Assembly: GCA_963674825.1 (NCBI GenBank)
Contig: OY771587.1
Coordinates: 64,001-128,000 of the forward strand
Length of the DNA stretch: 64,000 nt
DNA from: Candidatus Cloacimonadales bacterium
GTDB lineage: Bacteria > Cloacimonadota > Cloacimonadia > Cloacimonadales > JAIOQZ01
Direction of reading: 5' to 3'
Positions 58,768 through 64,000 of this stretch are shown here, in pieces. The notes beneath the pieces are model-generated. The model saw only the letters and a list, made by a program, of their open reading frames with translations. It was not told the origin of the DNA and ran no database searches. Position 1 is the first letter of the stretch; the number at the start of each line of letters is the position of its first letter. A program made the translations under genes and the position numbers.

Positions 58768-59963
58768 CGCGTTTCCCTTATCACCTGGAGGGTGTCGAGC
58801 AGTTCGCGATGAGGTTTGGGATCATGTACGCGAACGAGTGCGATATTCGCGGCATGCGCAAGCGCTGTCGTAGCCAGCGTGCCAGCAACCCGCTCCTGGG
58901 GATCTGACGGATAAATGCGCCCGATAAAACTCTTGCGCGATGCGCCGAGCAACACTGGCAATCCGAACACGTTGAACTCTTCCAGCTTCTTCAGGATAAT
59001 CAGGTTATCTTCATGACGTTTGCCGAAGCCCACGCCCGGATCGATCACCAAGTTGTGGATGCCGTTCTCGTTACACAGCTTGATGCGCTCGCAGAAAAAG
59101 CAAAGGATATCCTCGATAGTGTCATCGTAGTAAGGATCCTTCTGCATGTCACGCGGTGTACCAAGCATATGCATGAGGATCAACGGAATGGCGGGGTTTC
59201 CCTTCATAACGGCCAGCATATTTTCGTCGAAGCGTAACGCGCTGATATCGTTTACGATCAACGCACCTTTCTCGATCGCTGCCTCCGCGACTTTCGCCTT
59301 GTTGGTATCGATGGAAATAATGGTGTCGGGACGACGCTGCAAGATCTCTTCGATAACCGGGATTGTACGACGAATCTCCTCCTTGCCCGATACGGATTCT
59401 GAACCCGGGCGAGTCGATTCACCGCCGATGTCGATGATGTCCGCTCCGTCGTCAAGCATCTGTATGGCGTGATCTGCGGCGACTTTTATATCAACGTATG
59501 AACCACCGTCGGAGAACGAATCGGGCGTGACATTCAGGATGCCCATAATACGGGTGCGATCCAGTTCGAGGGTACGGTTGCCGCATTGCAATACATGGTT
59601 CTGTCTACCGAGTTCGTGACTGATCAGCCTTTTGAGATCTTCCTGGATAGCGGAAAGTCCGAAAATTGTTTGGTGGTCGAGCTTCTTGATGAGTTTGCGG
59701 ATTTTATCGGCGTTGCCCAGCAGGATGACATCGCTGATGGGCATGATGCCATTCACAACGCCTCTCGCGACGGCTGCGTCTCCGCCGATGGAGAGCATTT
59801 CCTGCTTCAGGATGTTGGCTGCACCGAGCTTGATGTTGGTGAGCTTGATGGCCATTTGCAGCGCTTTGGGCGCCATGACTTCGATCCCCTGGGTGGAGAC
59901 CTGGATTTTCTGCAGTTCCCTGCGCGCGTCCTGTAAATTCAGGATGGTTAGTTTACGGTTCAT
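58764..59963 (-). CDS. folP: Dihydropteroate synthase (long form with N-terminal extension)
   Basis: MGILNVTPDSFSDGG, IGGESTRPG, SIDT, NDIS, DPGVGFGK, SRKSF, RVHD; start at ATG 59963. Confidence 0.95.
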   Translation of the reverse strand: MNRKLTILNLQDARRELQKIQVSTQGIEVMAPKALQMAIKLTNIKLGAANILKQEMLSIGGDAAVARGVVNGIMPISDVILLGNADKIRKLIKKLDHQTIFGLSAIQEDLKRLISHELGRQNHVLQCGNRTLELDRTRIMGILNVTPDSFSDGGSYVDIKVAADHAIQMLDDGADIIDIGGESTRPGSESVSGKEEIRRTIPVIEEILQRRPDTIISIDTNKAKVAEAAIEKGALIVNDISALRFDENMLAVMKGNPAIPLILMHMLGTPRDMQKDPYYDDTIEDILCFFCERIKLCNENGIHNLVIDPGVGFGKRHEDNLIILKKLEEFNVFGLPVLLGASRKSFIGRIYPSDPQERVAGTLATTALAHAANIALVRVHDPKPHRELLDTLQVIRETR

Positions 59964-60106
59964 TATTTTTCTGTACCTTGTTTCGATAATATAATCAGAG
60001 ATGCCAGTTTCGCGTAATAGTTCTGTCTTGTTGCCCAATTACCTCGTCATGCCGAATAGCACAGAGTCCGTATCGAAGCACAAGGTTATTAGCATTCTAA
60101 TTACAG

Positions 60107-60135
60107 GAAATGCCAAGCTGGGGCTTGGCGCTCCG
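60107..60135. repeat. Single REP of the RAYT-flanking family
   Basis: gaaaTGCCAAGCTGGGGCTTGGCGCTCC. Confidence 0.85.
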
Positions 60136-60167
60136 AGAGATAAGTATATCCCCTGCCTCCTATCCCT

Positions 60168-60881
60168 CTACTTCAGCACGAACACAAACGTGATCGAACC
60201 AGTTTGTTCTTCGTCACCGGCGATGGGATTGAACTTCCACTTAGCGAGCGCGTCCGTGGCGACCGTATCGAAAGCTCCACCGGCTTTCTTGGTCACGATA
60301 AGGTCGTTCACCGTACCGTCAGGCGCAACCTTGAACTGAATACGAACCTCCGCGTTACGTTGCTCGGCATCGGGGTATTCCGGGATAACCTCTTTCTGGA
60401 TTTCTCGTGAAAGAATCTCGCCTTCAAGTAAGTAGCGCGACTCCTTGTTTCCACCGCTGCTCGCCTGATTGAGCAGGTCGTTGAGATAATTGTCCGAAGC
60501 CGTAGCGGCAGGTTTGTCACTCACATCCGTTGCTGTTCTTGAGAGCGCATCCTGATCAAGATTGCTGCTTGCGGGATCAAGCGGTTCGTCTTCATCCACG
60601 AACCGGTAGTCCTTCGTATCGATCTTCTTCGTCGGCATGGAGGCTTCAGACTGGGTGATCTCTTCCGAGACTTGCACGCGATCGAGCTTCTCGGGTATCT
60701 TACCCGTATCCGGTTGCTTGGTCAAATCGCCAGGCTGGTAAGGATCGGCGCGGAACTCGATCAGCTTGAGCTGCTCCATGATGGGCTGTGGTTCCATCTG
60801 GATGTGGATCAGAAGCGCGATCACCAAAAGGGCAGCATGGAAAAGGCCTGAAACAAGCCACGCGGTTTGAGTTCGGCTCAT
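60168..60881 (-). CDS. tonB: Energy transducer TonB
   Basis: TM SGLFHAALL (S-x3-H), linker, C-terminal PEYP...F.V..DG.V...W.F.P. Confidence 0.88.
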   Translation of the reverse strand: MSRTQTAWLVSGLFHAALLVIALLIHIQMEPQPIMEQLKLIEFRADPYQPGDLTKQPDTGKIPEKLDRVQVSEEITQSEASMPTKKIDTKDYRFVDEDEPLDPASSNLDQDALSRTATDVSDKPAATASDNYLNDLLNQASSGGNKESRYLLEGEILSREIQKEVIPEYPDAEQRNAEVRIQFKVAPDGTVNDLIVTKKAGGAFDTVATDALAKWKFNPIAGDEEQTGSITFVFVLK

Positions 60882-61294
60882 GGTGTCTCGTCCATCTGCA
60901 CGATCTGCGTACCGATGAAAAATTGCGTGGTGCCGGAGCGCTTGGCGATTTCCAGCAGGTCAACCACGTATTTGAGCGGCACGTTCTCGTCCGATTTAAT
61001 CACCACAACCTGCTCGGGATCGTCGATCAGCATCTCGCGAAGCCTCTGCGGAAGCATCTCGCGCTCGATCGCCGTCTCTTCGTCGTTGAGATAGATCTGG
61101 AGGTTTTCGGTCAGTGTGACCGTGATACGATCGCGATACTGGCTTTCCTTGGACGATGCTGCCGGAAGATTCACCTTGATCCCCGACTGTGTGATGAAAC
61201 TCGAGGAGATCAGGATGAAAATCAGCAACAGGAAGATGATGTCCGTAAAGGAGATCAACGCCACGGTCGTGATTCTCTTCTTGGTGATTCGCAT
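60878..61294 (-). CDS. exbD: Biopolymer transporter ExbD
   Basis: FTDIIFLLLIF, VNLP, IKSDENV. Confidence 0.93.
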   Translation of the reverse strand: MRITKKRITTVALISFTDIIFLLLIFILISSSFITQSGIKVNLPAASSKESQYRDRITVTLTENLQIYLNDEETAIEREMLPQRLREMLIDDPEQVVVIKSDENVPLKYVVDLLEIAKRSGTTQFFIGTQIVQMDETP

Positions 61295-61295
61295 G

Positions 61296-61964
61296 TTACT
61301 TCACCTTGCCAATCAGAATAATAAATTCGTTGATTGTGTCTTCCATCAAGCTATTGATCGATTCGACCTTGCCGACAAAGAAGTTGTGCAGGATGATCGC
61401 GAGAATACCCACGGTCAAACCGCCGATCGTCGTGATCAGCGCTTCCCAGATACCACCCGCGAGCAGACTGATATCCACGCCACCACCCGTCGCCTGGATC
61501 TTCATGAATACGCTTACCATACCGGTAACCGTGCCCAGGAAACCCACCAGTGGCGCGATCGCCGCGATGGTCGAAAGGGTGCCGAGGTTCTTCTCAAGCT
61601 TGTGAATCTCCACATCAGCCGCAGTGTGCATGGTTTCCTTGGTTGTCTCAAGGCCGAGCTCAAGTGACTTCAGGCCACGGCTGAGAACGGATGCGACAGG
61701 GCTTTCAGGGTTGGAATCGGCGACAACGATGGCTCGCTCGATTTGATCGGCTTTCACCAGGTCGATAATCTCGCCGGAAACGGTACCGAGATCCTTTTTC
61801 GCAGCGCTGATACGCAACCAGCGCTCGATGATGATCACAATAGAGATGAAGGAGATCAGAAGCAGCACGATCATCAGGGGGCCGCCCTTGGCTGCGATGG
61901 TGAAGATGTTCATCGTGGCTTCGTTTTGAAGGCTGTCGGCAATTGCCTGCGCGTTTAAATCCAT
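61296..61964 (-). CDS. exbB: MotA/TolQ/ExbB proton channel
   Basis: IAPLVGFLGTVTGM, GIWEALITTIGGL. Confidence 0.93.
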   Translation of the reverse strand: MDLNAQAIADSLQNEATMNIFTIAAKGGPLMIVLLLISFISIVIIIERWLRISAAKKDLGTVSGEIIDLVKADQIERAIVVADSNPESPVASVLSRGLKSLELGLETTKETMHTAADVEIHKLEKNLGTLSTIAAIAPLVGFLGTVTGMVSVFMKIQATGGGVDISLLAGGIWEALITTIGGLTVGILAIILHNFFVGKVESINSLMEDTINEFIILIGKVK

Positions 61965-62106
61965 GTATCCTCCGGAGGTAATATTGTTTTTATACGAATA
62001 AGCCTACGAGGTGGCTTCCTGTCAACAGAATTCGGGAGCTTCAGAAAACGCTTTACATAGTATAAACGAACGATTATCAAGGTCGTTACGTGCAACAGGA
62101 GGTACG

Positions 62107-62592
62107 ATGAAATTTTCGAGAAAACCGGTAGTCGCCGTGATCGGACGAAGCGGCGAAATACCCAAGGAACTTCACGATGCTGCATATGAAGTCGGTAAGC
62201 GACTGGCCGAGAATGGGATCGCGGTTGTTTGCGGTGGACGAGACGGCGTTATGGAAGCTGTATGCAAAGGTGCGAATTCTGCCGGCGGAACCACCATTGG
62301 TATCGCCATGGGTTACGACAAATCCGAATCGAATGAATATGTGGACTATATTATCCCCACCGGCATGACATACGCCCGAAACGTATGCGTCGTAGCGTCG
62401 GGCGATATGGTCATCGCGATTGGCGGAAGCTTCGGTACCCTCAGCGAGATCGCACACGCAATCAACCTCGATAAGCGGATTATCGGGCTGCATTCCTGGA
62501 CCCGATTGGAAGGATATCAGATCGACCACCAAATCGAGACTTGCGAGTCCGTGGATGCTGTGATGGAGATTGTTAGAAGCGAAATCGGGTGA
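62107..62592 (+). CDS. TIGR00725/LOG-like Rossmann-fold protein
   Basis: ATG 62107 after AGGAGG; CGGRDGVMEA, ARN, GGSFGTLSEIA. Confidence 0.9.
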   Translation: MKFSRKPVVAVIGRSGEIPKELHDAAYEVGKRLAENGIAVVCGGRDGVMEAVCKGANSAGGTTIGIAMGYDKSESNEYVDYIIPTGMTYARNVCVVASGDMVIAIGGSFGTLSEIAHAINLDKRIIGLHSWTRLEGYQIDHQIETCESVDAVMEIVRSEIG

Positions 62593-62615
62593 TTGACTTC
62601 GAAAAACATGAGAAA

Positions 62616-62726
62616 GAAAATGCCAAGCAGGTGCTTGGCGATCCAAAGAGGAAAAGAGATGCCAAGCTGGGGCTTGGCGATCCAAGGGGAAAGAGATGCC
62701 AAGCTGGTGCTTGGCGGTCCAAAGGG
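62616..62726. repeat. Three tandem REP units (GCCAAGC-N4-GCTTGGCG-TCCAA)
   Basis: Units about 38 nt apart, separated by purine-rich linkers such as AAAAGAGAT. Confidence 0.9.
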
Positions 62727-62743
62727 AGAGAAAGGCTAACCGA

Positions 62744-63065
62744 GAAGAACATCGTTTGGAGCGCCAAGCCCCAGCTTGGCATAGATGTTCTTCGAAACCA
62801 TAAAAAAGCCAAGAAGAACATCGTTTGGAGCGCTAAGCCCCAGCTTGGCATAGATGTTCTTCGAAACCACACAAACCAAGAAGAACATCGTTTGGAGCGC
62901 TAAGCCCCAGCTTGGCATAGATTTTCTTCGAAACCACACAAACCAAGAAGAACATCGTTTGGAGCGCCAAGCCCCAGCTTGGCATAGATGTTCTTCGAAA
63001 CCATAAAAAAGCCAAGAAGAACATCGTTTGGAGCGCCAAGCCCCAGCTTGGCATAGATGTTCTTC
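62744..63065. repeat. Array of five 50-nt units: opposite-orientation REP enclosed by a 10-bp inverted repeat
   Basis: GAAGAACATC-GTTTGGAGCG(C/T)AAGC-type core-CCCAGCTTGGCATA-GATGTTCTTC starting at 62744, 62813, 62880, 62947 and 63016; linkers of 19/17/17/19 nt. Confidence 0.95.
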
Positions 63066-63092
63066 GATAAACCCATGTGAAGAAGATAAGCA

Positions 63093-63722
63093 ATGAACAA
63101 TCAGCAACGATGGTACAACCGAGGCTACATACCACACTTCAACTCCAGCGAAGTAATCCAATTCATCACCTACAAGCTTCAAGACAGTATACCTCCCGAT
63201 ATCCAGACGCAGATAGATGCGCTTGAGAAATCGTCAGATGCTGATAATGCTCCCTTTCATCCCAAAATCGAGAAGATACTGGGGGCAGGATATGGATCAT
63301 GCGTTCTTCAACAGCCAGTCAATGCTCATTACGTGATCGACACATGGAAATTTCATCACCCACATAAGTATCACCTTTTTGCATGGGTTGTGATGCCAAA
63401 TCATGTCCATGTCCTGATCAAACCCAATAAAGATTGCCCCTTGTCGCAAATCGTTCAATCATGGAAAAGTTACACAGCAAAGCAGATAAAGAAAGAACAG
63501 ACAAACCCTCCCTCCAGGATAAAAATCTGGCAACGCGATTATTGGGATCGATTCATTCGTGATGAAGATGATTTTTATTCTACACTGAACTATATTCATG
63601 AAAATCCTGTTCGTGCCGGACTCGTAGAATCTGCGAAAGACTGGCAATATAGCAGCTATCATGACTGGTTTGAGAATGATGATCTCAAAGAGCAGAATTG
63701 GGACATGATATTCGAGAAATAG
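63093..63722 (+). mobile_element. REP-associated tyrosine transposase (RAYT, Y1/HUH family)
   Basis: RGYIPH, QFITYKL, WVVMPNHVH (HUH), WQRDYWDRFIR, YIHENPV (catalytic Tyr); REP arrays on both sides. Confidence 0.93.
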
Positions 63723-63904
63723 AGAAAGCCAAGCTGGTGCTTGGCGATCCAAGGGGAAAGAGATGCCAAGCAGGTGCTGGCGGTCCAAGGTGAAAAGAGA
63801 AGCCAAGCAGGTGCTGGCGATCCAAGGGGAAAGAGATGCCAAGCTGGTGCTTGGCGATCCAAAGGGGAAAAGAGAGGCCAAGCTGGGGCTGGCGGTCCAA
63901 GGTG
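63723..63904. repeat. Five tandem REP units downstream of RAYT
   Basis: GCCAAGC(T/A)GG(T/G)GC(T)TGGCG(A/G)TCCAA at 37-39 nt spacing. Confidence 0.92.
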
Positions 63905-63943
63905 AAAATCCCCCAGCCATCGAGAAACGACCGGGGGAATTTT
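63905..63943. terminator. Probable bidirectional terminator
   Basis: AAAATCCCCC...GGGGGAATTTT imperfect hairpin between convergent genes. Confidence 0.55.
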
Positions 63944-63951
63944 ATAGCAGA

Positions 63952-64000
63952 TTACTTGATTATCTTCGCGCCCTTGAGCATAGTGGTGTTGAACTGAATA
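63952..64000 (-). CDS. C-terminal end of an unidentified gene entering from the right
   Basis: Minus frame reads IQFNTTMLKGAKIIK* with TAA at 63952-63954, followed by the hairpin. Confidence 0.4.
   Translation of the reverse strand, partial: IQFNTTMLKGAKIIK

Noticed and set aside
62744..63065. CRISPR array
   Set aside because: Linkers are only 17-19 nt and repeat (A-B-B-A), the 50-nt unit contains the RAYT-flanking REP, and no cas genes are in the window.
62517..63182. Short repetitive ORFs over the REP arrays (also 63459..63920)
   Set aside because: Their peptide repeats simply mirror the DNA repeats; no SD or family signal.

Overview
Bacterial chromosome segment (about 50-55% GC by eye). 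It is most consistent with an anaerobic FCB-group organism, probably Candidatus Cloacimonadota; this is an inference from the C-terminal YPNPFNP...YNIxGQ...WxGxD...SGIY(F/Y) sorting domains, a PorX-like regulator and a hydrogenase-type regulatory operon. Most of the window is housekeeping: valS 5' end, ribD, queC, rqcH-like, dapA, trmL, dnaB, family-4 UDG, gmk, gcvH, yhaM, rseP, tgt, panB, lysC, coaE, cdaA, folP and tonB-exbD-exbB. It also has a glucan locus (GH133-GT4-GH57) and dense c-di-GMP and two-component signalling genes. The best candidate for an undescribed system is a 7-gene minus-strand cluster (26460-15061). It encodes full-length DsbD, an Omp28-type CxxC lipoprotein, a TlpA thioredoxin, an outer-membrane beta-barrel whose only two cysteines lie in its last loop, and three secreted Omp28/thioredoxin-domain proteins with T9SS-like C-terminal domains. 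Together these suggest a thiol-disulfide relay spanning the envelope to the cell surface. Other observations: (1) a 36-39 nt hairpin module nested at the same position in two unrelated REP families; (2) a RAYT transposase preceded by a regular array of 50-nt double-hairpin units; (3) a DRTGG/kinase/[FeFe]-hydrogenase-like/DRTGG/PHP operon split by a 6.4-kb signalling block with 7-bp direct repeats at its edges; (4) a glycosyltransferase bracketed by a 15-bp duplication of the ribD 3' end; (5) a probable divergent rpoZ; (6) a probable ATT start for tgt; (7) a histidine kinase with His-Ala in its H-box. No tRNA, rRNA or CRISPR-Cas was recognised. All family assignments come from motif recognition by eye, not database searches.
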